Positions 25,545 to 39,051 of a stretch of 64,000 nt of DNA are shown piece after piece. The DNA comes from Paragordius varius (Eukaryota > Animalia > Nematomorpha), in NCBI GenBank assembly GCA_964247055.1, contig OZ176050.1, forward strand, positions 8,308,001 to 8,372,000, given 5' to 3'. Under the pieces are notes generated by a model, which had not been told where the DNA came from, did not search any database, and saw only the letters and a program-made list of their open reading frames with translations. The first letter of the stretch is position 1, and each line of letters opens with the position of its first letter. A program made the position numbers and the translations under genes.

Positions 25545-28459
25545 ACTTAATTTAAAAATAGATTTTCAATATTTTTTTAGTGTCCAATTACTTAGGTCTT
25601 CATTAATTTTTTGTCATTAGTGCAAGTTTTCCTCATGCACTTTATCAACATTGATGATTTAAGTGTTAATTAGATTTCTATGAAATTTTTATAGCTTTAT
25701 GAAATGTATATTTTTTCAAATTAATTTAATATTTGTCCACACTAAAAGATAAAATATCTCATAATGTTAAATAATCTAATAATATAGTTTTAAAAAAACG
25801 TAATTGGTAAAAAGTGGATATAAAAATATTTATGGCATATAGATACTATCTTTAACGTCAAAACGGCTAGCTAAAACTTTTTAAATGTAAACTTAATCCA
25901 CTCTTTATAATTGAAAAACTGCTATCTTAATCTTAGTTTATCTGATCAAATTTTATTAAAATTGTAAAAATAAATATTAATCATTTTAAAATAGTAAATG
26001 AAGAAAGTTGATAAAAAAATATTCTTTAATATTTAACAACAAACCATTAAATTAATTTACATATTGAAAAATTGAGAGAAAATTACGCATTATATATAAT
26101 ATAATAATTTATTTAAAAATAAGGTAAAATAATAAGAATTTTAATTTTCGACTTTTATTTCATTGGCATTCGAGCTTATTTTTTAATAAAAATTTATATA
26201 TTGTTATATAATTAGAAAAAATTCATTATACCTTATATGATAATAAACTCAGTTCCTTATAGCTATATCTAAAATTACTCTCCAACATCTCAAAAAATTT
26301 GTTTAAGGCACAGCACTTTCAAATATTTTTTTGATAAAATATATAAATCATTTTTTCATAATTGAATTTCTTTTTTAAACAAATTTATTCAATAATGAAA
26401 CTACCTGATAAAGAATAATTATGTATCAAGAATCAAAAATAATTTTATAAGGCATATTAACTGTTGTCATTATTTAGCCATCCATAATTCTGAATTTGAC
26501 CAGAATGGAAAACAAAAAGGGAAAAATAAGAATGGTTTAAAAGTAAAAATAAAAATATGTTAATATATATAAAAAATAATATATATAGGGACATTCCAAA
26601 AAGTCAATAAAATAATATTTTACATTGTTTGTACTAGGTATTTATAATAGATTATTGTGATCTCTCTCCTATTGACTGCATGGAAAGGGGAATAATGAAA
26701 AATTCCTGAGTTGCGACCAATTTCAGCATTTTCAAAAAAATTATATGTATTAGTATATAAACAATTGTTTATGTATTGCGAGCAAATAAAATTATCCATT
26801 TATTTCTAACCAATATTTAATATGGAATATTTTTTCAAACATTTAATCATTCATATATCATTATTAAAATGAGTTGCTTTATCGTTCATCGTTTTTCTAA
26901 AATTAGTGGAAAGCGGGTTCTATTAATACAAATTATTACGCTCAAAAATATTAAAATCACTAATAAATGTATAGTTAATATTAGGTAGTATTTATAATTA
27001 ATATTAAAATTTTATTGAAATACGAGGAAGAGTAGATCTGAAAAAATATTATAGAAAACGTTTTCCCCTTTAATAAGAAAAAAGAACAATCTACAGAAGC
27101 GTAGAAAACCGTATTAGTTTATACATTAGCATAAAGATTGAATTTCGTGTCACAGTCAAAATCTATCTATAATAATGCTCTTCTAGATTACAACAATTGT
27201 TTAGAGGAGAAGACAGTCCCTAAAAAAATCAAAAAATGCAATTATGCAGCAACAATTCCGTTAACACAGAATCTAAATTACAAATTATATTGCCTTAGGG
27301 TTAATATTCGTGTTTTTCAGATATATTGTTGCAGAAATATATAATAATTTTTTCCATCCCAAGTTGGGGATATTTTCACCAGAATCTGTTCATCATTTTA
27401 GCCTGGCGATTATGACACTTGCATATATTGATCTCTTTATAATTATTAATTATCTATGGTGCTCATAGTATTACTTGTCGCCATTATTTTATTTATTAAA
27501 AATTTTTTAATGCAAAAAATTGATTTCTATTTGACTTAAAGCTACATATTTCTAGCGCAATTAAAAAAGTAATGGTAAATTTGGTACTTTCTGTGTTACG
27601 AAACCAGAATATTTCCGAATACATAATTTGGTAAACCATTAATGAATGGGTTTTTAGGTTTCACTTAAAAGTTTTGCAAAAAAGTACGAAAGCAAAAAAT
27701 AAAGATTGAAACATTTATGCGTAAAATATTTAAAGATACGTATTTAAATTTAATACAGTAATAAATCTATTCGCCATTTAATTAAAAGGAGATTTAATTT
27801 ACAGATAATATGATATTTCATAGCTAACAGGCGACAATGTATTTTTTCGCTACAATTTTGATCAAATATGTAACTAACTTAAAGGAACCATAAACATCAA
27901 CACACATGTAAATTAAGTTTCCTATTATTAGCTAATTAAAAGACAGAAACGGCCAATATAAACTTACGTTAAATTATATAACCTTAAACGCGAACTTGTT
28001 TAGTATGCTTGTTTGAAAATTAGGCACAAATTTTATTATATACTATTACAATTCTCTAAAACCATATTGATGGGAATTAACTTTTCATCCATAGAAAAAA
28101 TACTTAGGGAAAATTACAGATAAGTTAAATTTGTGTATAGATTTTGCATATATTTAGTAATCGTTTTATTTTTAATGGCTAAATAATTCTTATTAAATTT
28201 TTATCAGTTAATCTTGGATTTAGCTAAAATTAAATTTACTCATCTTATGCTCAATAATTATTTTTGGTGTTTTAACTAATTTGTATTAAGTAACTAGATT
28301 TTAAATTAATTGTTTCCAAAGCCCTAATATTGGTGTTTATTTTTTTAATGTATTTTCTGATTAAAATTCTCTGATAGTGTGAAAAAGGTATACAAATCAT
28401 AATTGTGACCGGTAATTTGGTAAAATAACATGTTATTTTAAAGAAAATCAATTATATAT

Positions 28460-29400
28460 TCTATTCATAAAATTGTCCATCGGCTTCTACACATTTCGTC
28501 CATATTTCAATTTATTTAGGAATGCAATGCCCGAAAAACTCATTGCCTTTTTCGGCAAACCCTAGTAAAGCCATTTTAAGCCTTCGACATTATTGAAGAG
28601 CTGATTCTCCCTCATCGATGCAAAAAGCTAATAAGATGGCGCCATATCGGGACAGTACAGCGTATGCGGAAGAAATTCCTATTAAAGCGATTTTAATGTA
28701 GTCACTGGTTTTGTTATGTGAGAAGGATCATTTACATGTAGTTAAATTACTTTATTCTCCCATCTCGATCGTTTTTCGATTAATACATGGTTTAATTTAA
28801 TTATTTGTTGGCGATCCGTTTTAATAACTAGGTTTCAAAAAGACACAGAGCGTGGTCTTTTTGCTGAAAGATTCGGCTTTGATGTTGATGGACCGACTCG
28901 GCAAGATGATAACCACGATTTTTTTTCGCATTGGATAAAAATAAAGCAACTCCTCATTATCCGTCTAGATTCGATGTAAAAATTATTTTCCTTTGTCGTT
29001 GGACAGGAATTCATAAGTAACTTGCGATTTTCGATTTGAAATTCGAATTGTGTGGGACCCATTTACAAAGTTTATTTGTCTTTCCCATCGCTCATAGACA
29101 GCTATTGATATATTAATACATATATTTTAATTCTGCCCATCGGCGTTGAGTGTGAGTTAGGCATCATTCAATAACTCTTGCAGGGATTGTCTTCGCAGTT
29201 ATGTGGACCAGAGCGCCCTTTCTCTATCACATTGAAAACTTATTTTTGATACCATGTTTTGTATTATAATCAACATGTTCACCATATCTTTCTACCCTGA
29301 AACCACAACTTTCAACAGCCTTTTACTTCTGATATAATAAGAAAAGCAATACGTGCCATAAATGTTCTTTTTCAAGCACAAAATTTGACATGATTACTGG
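28460..29400 (-). pseudogene. Decayed mariner transposase (element roughly 28370-29540)
   Basis: Minus strand gives EKEHLWHVLLF, DRERALV (cf. D..RSGRP), KWVPH, RKKSWLSSCRVGPSTSKPNLSAK, LPHTLYCPDMAPS (cf. YSPDLAPSD) and WTKCVEADGQFYE*, with many stops and frameshifts. Confidence 0.85.
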
Positions 29401-30531
29401 ATAATAGTAAGATGTTATTTTAATGTGCATGTGGGTTAGATGATTAAAAATGTCTGTAACAAAGTAATCGTGTTCCTACATTTTTACGCCTTCTCTTAAA
29501 TCAACCGGTAATAACTTATGACAATGCCTGGTAATTATACAATTTAATCATGTTAATCAATGTGAAAAATAAAGCATATTTTATATTCACGTTTATAGCG
29601 GCGAAATAATTATATATAACATCAAAAAATAAATATCTAGCATTATGGAATAATTTGTTAGTTAAATATTATGGGAATTTCAAAAACTGTCAAGGAAATA
29701 ATTTGAGATTCATGGTCTTAATCTATTTGGGTTTTATACTAATGGTTATTTTTATTAAATTTATCAGATTGGTAAGTTGGGCACACTTTTTTCGCTAGAT
29801 TTTTCAAATATCACCGATTAAAGGCTTCGGATATGAAATGAATTTTAATCATGTGATACACAAATCCAAATAAGATTGTCAATAATGCACTTCACCACAA
29901 TTAAGATGTGCAAGTGCACCTATTTTTTATATACGCTAATGCCAAATTTATGCCACCATGAGTTATACAAAACCACAAATTTCGAAAGCTTACAGAAAAT
30001 ATTACTATTTTTGAATAACTAACTTACAAATAAATTAATGTTGAAGAATCGCTCCCCAAGGGAAGGCTAAAGACTATATAAACCAAAAACTATCGCATAA
30101 ATTTATGCACCGTTTTTTGTATAATTTTAGCTAAAAATGAATGAAACCGAAAGCCTAGCTATTTCTTTTTTTGTTTTAACATATTTGAAAACTTCACCAA
30201 AGCAATGAATATTAAAATTGACTTTAAATGACATATAACTTGGATGTTACAGAAACGCAATCTAGAAACGATAATTGTCATCCTTTTACCGAATTAATGA
30301 TAGGTAGCTAGCTGTGTTTAGATTCCGCTTTGTTTTATGATATCGAAAGTTAATTTTGAAAATTGGCTAGTGGATAAAAAATGACTCCTAGCAAATGAGT
30401 GGCAAAACAGAAGGGAAAAATTCCTCTAAAACAAACATTTGAGATTATTGTAATCAATAACAGTTACTCTAATATTCATAATTTATTTTCAGGGTGTAAA
30501 TTTAAAAACAAATTTGTCTAAAAGTAAATTA

Positions 30532-30703
30532 CAGTGGTGTATGGCATAAAACATTATTAGTCCATAAAAGAATAAAAAAGTGTTTTTTTAAAAAACAAGA
30601 CTAGTTGTATATACACATATCCATAATATCCCTTGTTTTTTTTTAAAAAAAACATTCTTTTATCCTTTTATGGATTAATATTGTTTTATGCCATACGCTA
30701 CTG
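30532..30703. mobile_element. 172-bp Tc1/mariner-type hairpin MITE
   Basis: TA|CAGTGGTGTATGGCATAAAAC ... GTTTTATGCCATACGCTACTG|TA; ~70-bp imperfect arms with a short spacer. Confidence 0.8.
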
Positions 30704-31586
30704 TATATTTATATCCTTGATGATAAATTTCATTAACAAATCCCAATATATATATTTTAATCAAATGTTCAACCGCAAATGGTTTTGTATTATTGCCAAT
30801 TGATCTGAAAATATATAATGACATTTTAACCAGTGAATATTGTACTTTATTTTATTTAAAAACGTTTTGTTCTATATTCAATGCTTTTTGTTTGAAATAA
30901 TATTTATTTTGTCAGGTTCGAGATATTTAATTCATATTTACTAGCAATTAAATTTAAATAGAATTATAAAGCACATTTTTGATTAAACGTTTTTTCTTTG
31001 ATTTTTCTACGATAGATTTTTAATTATTCACCAATAAATTAAAAAACTATTGTAGTGAATTAAAAAGTTGTAAATTTGAACGATTAATGTTCAAACGTAA
31101 TATGATATATATATATTACAAAACTGGGGAATATGTTAAATTTGCTAAGTAATCCGTCGTATTTAAAAATTTGTGCATCATTTCCAGCTATGCTTGGCAG
31201 GCTCACGCTCCAAGCTTGATGATTATTTCTTTAAATAGTGTTTTGGTAAGCGAATTTTGAAAAGAATAGCATGTTGCCGACCCATGTTCAATGGAATTTT
31301 TTTATCTCCAAAAATATTTATAATATTTTTTAATATTTAACTTAATTTGTTTGATACTAGAATGAAAGAATTATTTAAATAATGTGAAATATTTTTTTGT
31401 AAAACTTTTTTGCATAACAAACAAGATATAATAATCGTTTTATAATAAAATGATAACCTACTCCAAATTTCCAAACTATCATGTGTTTTAAAAATATTCA
31501 TCACAGACTCTGACTGAAATGTAAAAAAGGTTTAACCAAATCTTGGAGATGAGCAAACTAACGATAAATGACACTTAACTTTGGAT

Positions 31587-31896
31587 CAGTGGTTACCAAC
31601 CTTTTTTTGTTGGTCCCCCACTCCCCGATATTGAAAAAATAAATTCCTGCGCTCCCCCCTTTCCCATAAAAAATAAAAATGCAAAACCTATTATAATTTT
31701 ATAAATATTATAATCAATGAGATCCCTGTATCTGCGTTTGCTGTATGTTCTGCATATCGAGGACAAATTTTGATAAATTGAACCTGAGATCTACTTTATT
31801 AAGCTAAAATTTGTTTTTATTTATATTTTATGACTTTGATTCTCCAAAGTTTTCGCGCCCCCCTAGATTTTCCACGCTCCCTTTTAGAAACCACTG
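31587..31896. mobile_element. 310-bp hAT MITE with perfect 8-bp TSD
   Basis: TIRs CAGTGGTTACCAA / TTAGAAACCACTG; identical flanks CTTTGGAT at 31579-31586 and 31897-31904. Confidence 0.9.
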
Positions 31897-34477
31897 CTTT
31901 GGATAATCTCAATATTTTGCAGTATATGATTACTCAAAAAAATTGTGTTGCAAAAAGCCTAAACTAGAATTAATTTAGGTTAACTGCTGAAAAGTTATAA
32001 TATTTAATTTTATAACTAACCACAAACTTTATTAAATGTTAAACTTTTATACAATACTAAATTTTTATGAGCTGTCGTAACAAAACAGAAGTTACAAGTG
32101 TTTTCTTAAAAATTAATCTGCAACCTTTAAAAAGTCGAAAGGTTAGCTATGTTAAAACAAAAAGAATTGATTCGGTAAAAAGCGACCATCAATGGCTGTT
32201 CCACAAAAACTTTGTCAAAAATATATTGACAACAAGCACGACCCTTAATTAAATCATAACACAGTGTTGCCATTTAAGCCTGGAATAAAAAATGACTTTT
32301 ATTATATTAACGCTTTAGATCTCCGATGTTAATTAACACAACTCTATAACAGCCACAATGCTTTTTTTTGTATTTTAGCAAAAAACCACATTTACTACAT
32401 ACTAAATTAATTAATATTGTCATTTTTGTCATATAATAAAAGATATACCATGATTTATATTTCATTATTTAGCCTATCCGCCTCACAAATCCAATTTTCT
32501 GTGGCGTTTTTTCGAGACAAAAAATCTGTATCGTACCAGTAAATTAATTATTTATATTTATTATAGCCGTTGTTGAACATATATATTCATAAATTATACC
32601 ATTTAATTATATTTTAATCTAAAGAATGTAATGTAATAAAAAAATCTTTCTAAAACTCAATATTGTAAAGAAAATAAAATGGTGGACAATTCGATTTCTT
32701 TCTTTAAAAAAAATTCCATTTGTTATAAACCAAAGACTTAAAAATATATCTGAGGATATATTAATTCTTTGAAGTTCAGGCTTATGTTTTACTAGAAAAC
32801 AATTTATTTGTCATTATGTATCCTTCAGCTTTTATCTCTGGAGAAAAAACAAAAATGTATCATATAAGGCAATTACCTAAAGTGAAAACTAATATTTTTT
32901 ATGGACAGAAGTAGGATTACATAAACAATGTATCTCGTGTAAGTTTGCATGTACTAATATTGGCTTAAACTAACCAAAAAATTCCAATTATAAACATAAT
33001 CAATAAAGTATTGGGATTAATGTTATGTTATTGTAAAACCAATACGAAAAGATAAATATTCAAAAAACGATTGATAAATTTTTCGTCATAAAATATTTCA
33101 CAATGTGAATCGTAAATCACTATAAACTCACGAATAAAAATCATGCATTCAAGTCCTTCAAGGATACAGTATATATGACGGTAACTTTTACCTTAACATA
33201 GATGGTTTATTATCTTATATTTTTAATTTATGTTTTTACTAATTTTATCTATTTATATTTACCCTTAATCCTCCAAAATTTAAACTTAATCTTGCCGAAT
33301 TTTCGATTAGCATTCGACTTTTCAACAGATTTGGGATATTATATCATATTAAGAGTTTCCGGATTGAATGGAAAAATGACACATTTCGAGAGACTTTTCG
33401 GGCCTAATTTAAAAATTTTTACACATGTTGCTATTGCTCCTCAATAGATACTTTCCGTCATTTATACGCAAAAAAAATATTTTAGGTTAAATCTGGTTAT
33501 TAAAGACTTTTCTTAATAAAAAATTAAATTAATAATATGGAAAAATGTAATTTTTTAGGGCGATTATATTTTAAAACTTTGTAAACATTGATTTATTTAG
33601 ATTTAAGATTATTTGATTATCATATCGTTTTATTATATTTAATCTAAACCATTAAAATAATTATAAATAACATGAATATATTTATCAATTATTGTAAGAA
33701 TAAAAACTTACCCATATAAATAAAAAATAACCTAAAAACAAAACTTTTTAATTTAATTCTATTTTATCATTAATATATAATAAAAATGTTTATGTGGCAA
33801 AATAATAGCGCTAATTAATAAGTTTTAGTATAATAGTTAAACGATACACCATCCAAAGGGTAATTAAAAATGCATTGTTATTAGTACAATCAAAACTATT
33901 ACCAAATAATAATTTAACATGCTCTGTGTCTGTGTTTTAATATTCAGTATTTTAGCGCCCATTAATATATTCAAAGGTAAAGGGTAATTATTAGCAAACT
34001 CTTTATTAGGACGTAAAACAGATCTAGGAAATATTTTCCATTGTAATAAATGTTTTCAAAAAAGATTAAATGTTTTATTTATGATAAACGATGGAATAAT
34101 GTAGCTAACAATTTTGAAATGTAAATTTCGAAAGATCTCTCTTTCTCTTTGCCAAAAACAAACAATAAATTGAAAAAAACGTAAATTAATAGTAATATAT
34201 GTATAGTCACTAACTACTATTGGGATCATCTCATACAAACGGGATGACATTGCTTTCAGGGACAAAGTTATAAATATCTGAAAAGTAATTTATTTCGTTT
34301 TTTCGTACTACATTCGCGAAACATTTTTAATTCAAAAAATAAATTTAGCTCTATTGAAACTAATTTTTTTTCATATTTATTTATAAAAGTATCACCAATA
34401 ATAAATTATTAATGATGAAAGAGATAAATTAATTTTATTATCTTTATTTTTTGTTTAATATTTTTGATTTATTGCAT

Positions 34478-37085
34478 TTATAAGATTAAATTCTTCATTG
34501 CAGCTCGCCAAGTGTGGGCATCCAAATCATCTATTATTTTAAAAAAAGATGATTTTATTATAAAAATTTGATAAATTTATAAATCTGTTTTTGAGACTAG
34601 TAATATGACAGTATTAAAACTATAAATTTCACAGTTTTTTAATGAATTAATAAATGAATGATTCAGAATACAATATAAGTAAAATTGTAGTTTCAGTAAT
34701 TAAAAATGTCAAATAAGATATGTATCTATTTTATGTTAGAGTGTCAACTGCTATATATCATTCAAACAAAAAGTTATGTGCTTTTATTAAAGAGTATAAC
34801 TTATGTCTAGTTTAGAGAAGAGTGAGGGAAAAAGCTAGGTTATCTTAATTAAAATTGTCTATATTAATTATAGAAATTGAAATATGCTGCATAATATTTT
34901 TATATGCGATTTCAGACATACACATTCAAAATCAAACAACTCCAAGGCTTTTAGCAACAAAATATTATTTTATAGATAATTAGAAAATCAAAATTTCGAT
35001 AAAAATAAAAGGAAATAGCCGAATTTCAATATATTTGTAAAAAAAATTATCAGACTTTTATACATAGAAAAAAAATTATACTGTCTCACCAAAAAAATTG
35101 TCGATTCAAAATACCAAATAAAAAATTTATAATTATACATATTAGGTTTCTTATAATATGATTCAAACAATCTATATTCATTTTTAAAGATTTTACTTAA
35201 TAATATTTATAGCAAATCATTTTAACTATAATGTATGTTATAATTATTATGATTATGGTCATAGAATTATGCCATATAAACAGGGTCTTACAGATACAAA
35301 TTTAATATACGATTTTATATGGCAATATCTGAAAAAAATAAATATATACATATTTTTGGCTTCCCCTGAATTGGAATCTTTAATTTAAGTCTTTTGAGAT
35401 CCGAACATATCCACACATAAGGACTTTCTGACATTCCATTTGGTTCCTGAAATGATATTGATAAAAAAAAGAATACCAAATCTCGATACGCCTCTTGCGT
35501 TAAGCAATCATCAATGTTAATACATCCCAGGATGCAGCTTGTGGGATAAACGTCAGGAAATTTGATATATTCTACATTTTACGTATTATTATCTTGATAA
35601 TAAAGATAGATATTTATCTACACTAAGTTAAAGGAAAAACTAATTCAGTCATCTATAGGGTGCTTTATGTTTTATTTTTCATATATGTTTTGGTATTGAT
35701 TATGTTAGATTTTACCAGGAAAAAGGTATGAATTGATTAATGAATTACCGTTTGAATTTGTCTGATAAATTTGTTCCAGTGATTTGACTTCATTGGGATC
35801 TATTGGTTTTCCTGTTGAAGCAATCCATAAGCGACCTCGATGTGCCGTAGGCCATGACCTTCCTTCTTCTCTAAAATGTTATTAACAATATATGTATTAA
35901 TGACAGAAAAATATTTAGCATTACTTCTTTTTGTAAAAAATGGCTTTTTTGTTATTCTATTATGTAATACTGTTTAGACCCACAAATGAGTAGTGTTTTA
36001 GTTTTGTCTACAAATGACGTATTAAAACGCAAAAAAGCTATCTATATTTGAAAAAAACTTTTAGATTTAACCTGATTTTTCATATAAAAGAGTGTATATT
36101 TTGTATATTTATTATATGGCCATCATAATTGATGACATTTCTGATTTTACAAACAAAATTCTTTGTGTTGCCGTGTTTCTCACAAAAGAAGTTTGACCAT
36201 TTTATTATTAATAATATTTTTACGTAACTAACAATAAGGAAATAGAAACCATACAAAACTTTAGCATTATCATATGGTTAAACAATTAGTGAACTAGCTA
36301 TTATTTTAAAAATTAAACATAAATTGTGAAATTAAAAAAATGATGTTCACACAGATATAAACCAAAATAATGTTAAGATATTAAGAACATATCATAATTG
36401 AAAATTAAAAGAACGTTTGTTATCATTCAATTAATTTGATGGAAACACTGTTTTTCAGTTAATAAATTTTAGAAATCCCATTATTTTATTTATCTAAAAA
36501 ATTTAACCCACTAGACAATCGAAATAAAAATTAATAAACTTTTTAATGCCATATATCAGGAGTGAGGCGTAAGGTTGGTGCATACTGAGACATTTTCTTT
36601 GATCAAAAGCAGCATTGAAATCATCATCCTGAATTCTTCTGATTTTTGGCGATTCCAAGGATATTTTAGGGGATAATTTTGTAGTATTTGTCTCAATAAA
36701 CTAATTAAAAAATATTAATATATTATAAAATTATAAATTTTGGAATATGCTTTAACTAACTTTCTAACTTCAAAATGGGATTTTAAAAAATTGAAGAGTC
36801 ACGAGGCAAATTCAATGATTTTAATAAAATTACAAATAATAAAGATGTCGTAAATGATTCCATTTACAATTCAAACTCACCCTTAAACAATTCAAATTCC
36901 CCCTAAAAATAAATTATGTGTTTTCGGGATAATCTATATTCATCATTAATAAGAAATATATTTTTATGTCATAGTTTATTATTTTTTCAGTATTATATTA
37001 ATTTTAAAGTAATTTCATTTTTTTAAATATATTAATAAAGGTAATTTTTCACATAATTTATTTTAGGATAAATTTGAATTGTTAA

Positions 37086-37173
<88 letters not shown>

Positions 37174-39051
37174 ACCCTTTTTGACACTTATGATCGAAAA
37201 ATGAATGCGCGAAAAAAAACACCAGAAATGCTTTTTGATAAGAGAAGCCGAATAAAGAGTTGTATAATAGAGATACATTAAAAATGTCAAAAGGGTATTT
37301 TGTAAAGATGAAGCGTAAAATTAAGATGCAAGAGTGAACTTGAGTATATGGTATAAGTGAATAAATTTAAAATTATTAGCATTTACAATTCAAATTCACC
37401 CTTAAACAATTCAAATTCACCCTAAAAATAAATTGTGTTAACGCTAATATAACTCATTATTATGAAATATTATCTTTATAGCTTATTTTATTGTTTGTAT
37501 TATTTATATATTTTAAAAAATATAAAAATAAGCTAATATTTAATTTTAAAAAATACGTAATCTATTTTAGAGTGAATTTGTTGTTCGAGGGTGAATTTGA
37601 ACTGTAAATAGTATATATAACACAATTGGTTGTTAATAAAATATCAAAGTTCACAAATATTTTTTGGACAACATTTATAAAAACAAATTTATATTATAAT
37701 TTATACAATTATATGTTATAGAAAATATTTAAGATAATTTACAAAATTAAATTATAATTAAATTTTTTAATAAATTGACTAAAATATTTTAAAAATAAAA
37801 TTAAAAGCCCTAAAAATATGCCATAAAGGCCAATTATTTAATTAGTTTAGCATTGCAAATTATATGAGGTTAAAGAAGTTGAAAATTATATTATATGAAA
37901 AAAGGGATATAGTTTTAAAATAATAGAAATAAAACTAAACCAAAAACAATATGTTTTATTGTCTAATTACAAAAAAATATTTTATATTTTTATTGAATTG
38001 ATCAATATATTAATGGGTTCAAAATACATAACGAGCATATGATTAATAAACTTTAGGCTAAATTATTCATAATAAAAATTAATAATATCAAATTATATAT
38101 TAAACTTTTGGCATAGGATAGTTATTTATAATATTGTGGTCTATCATCTCCGAGTTTGCTTCAGGCACCGTATTTTCAACTAAATCTTTCTTTTTTTGTT
38201 TGGAAATTTCGTTAACAAAATTATTATCTGGAACCGTTTCGGAGATAGATCTTAAAAAACAAAATTTAAAACACATATGCCTAATAATTGTTCCATCGTA
38301 CCTTAAACATATCATAATTTTATAATTTGGCATAAAAACTTAAAAAAATAAATATAAAAATTTTTACATTAAAAATGTATTTAAGATGTGAAAATTATGG
38401 ATAAAACAGCTTGTAAGCCTGAGAACCATTATTGTATAATAAACTGTACAAAATTTAAAATTTATAGTACTTTAAGAATAATATCTTACTTACAAATTTT
38501 TAAAATTTATGGATATTTCTTTGGCCTTGCCAAAACGTGAACCATGTTTTTGATCATAATTTTTTGCTTCCATTTCTTGCATGGTAGCCCTTTCTATGGG
38601 ATTAAGCCAATGTGCATTTTCGGAACTAAAGTAATCAGACTGATCATCAATGACAACAGTTCGTTTAGCACTGATATAAAAAAATTAAAATACGTAGTTT
38701 TATCATAATTTAACAGTCGTTTTTTGTTTGCAATCGCTTGCCCCTCATCGCTCATCAGCTTTATTAACAATTTATCGCTGGCTTTGGATGCGCGATTCAA
38801 TATTTCTTGTTCTTCATTCGTACAAACATAATAATTATATAAAGTGTATACTAAATTTCCGCAAAAAAAACATGGACCAGAACCCTCTTGAGCACAGATA
38901 ATACGCCCACACTTTAAGCAATTGTTGATTAACTTATGTTTGTAAGCCTGACACTCGCATTCATGTCTTCCAGGTAATAAAAAATATTTATCCTTTTGAA
39001 CATCTATAATTTTTCTCACCATGTGAAAAAAAGATCTTACGATTTTGACAT
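34478..39051 (-). CDS. TRIP4: Activating signal cointegrator 1 (ASC-1): zf-C2HC5 plus ASCH domain; about 10 exons, 5' start tentative
   Basis: LPGRHECECQAYKHKLINNCLKCGRIICAQEGSGPCFFCGNLV, KRTVVIDDQSDYF, RRIQD, CLSMHQPYASLLIYGIK|EEGRSWPTAHRGRLWIAST, FPDVYPTSCILGCI, KIPIQGKPKI|YDLDAHTWRAAMKNL*. Introns 38693-38671 (23 nt), 38493-38251, 38105-36701, 36539-35871, 35748-35572, 35476-35447 (30 nt), 35349-34531; odd 24-nt insert at 38851-38828; tentative first intron 39040-39015. Confidence 0.9.
36862..37609. mobile_element. MITE with ~45-bp TIRs (37381-37609) plus a second left arm at 36862, in a TRIP4 intron
   Basis: atttacaattcaaa(c/t)tcacccttaaacaattcaaattc occurs directly at 36862 and 37381, and inverted at ~37565-37609. 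Confidence 0.65.
37088..37170. repeat. (AT)n microsatellite, ~83 bp
   Basis: Pure AT dinucleotide run; shorter runs also near 2833, 22568, 24586, 55529 and 61235. Confidence 0.98.

Noticed and set aside
38251-38310. Possible extra TRIP4 micro-exon (YDGTII) with a 30-nt GC-AG intron
   Set aside because: Direct splicing 38493-38251 aligns better to the recalled family sequence (INFKNLSISE vs IDFAGRKILE).
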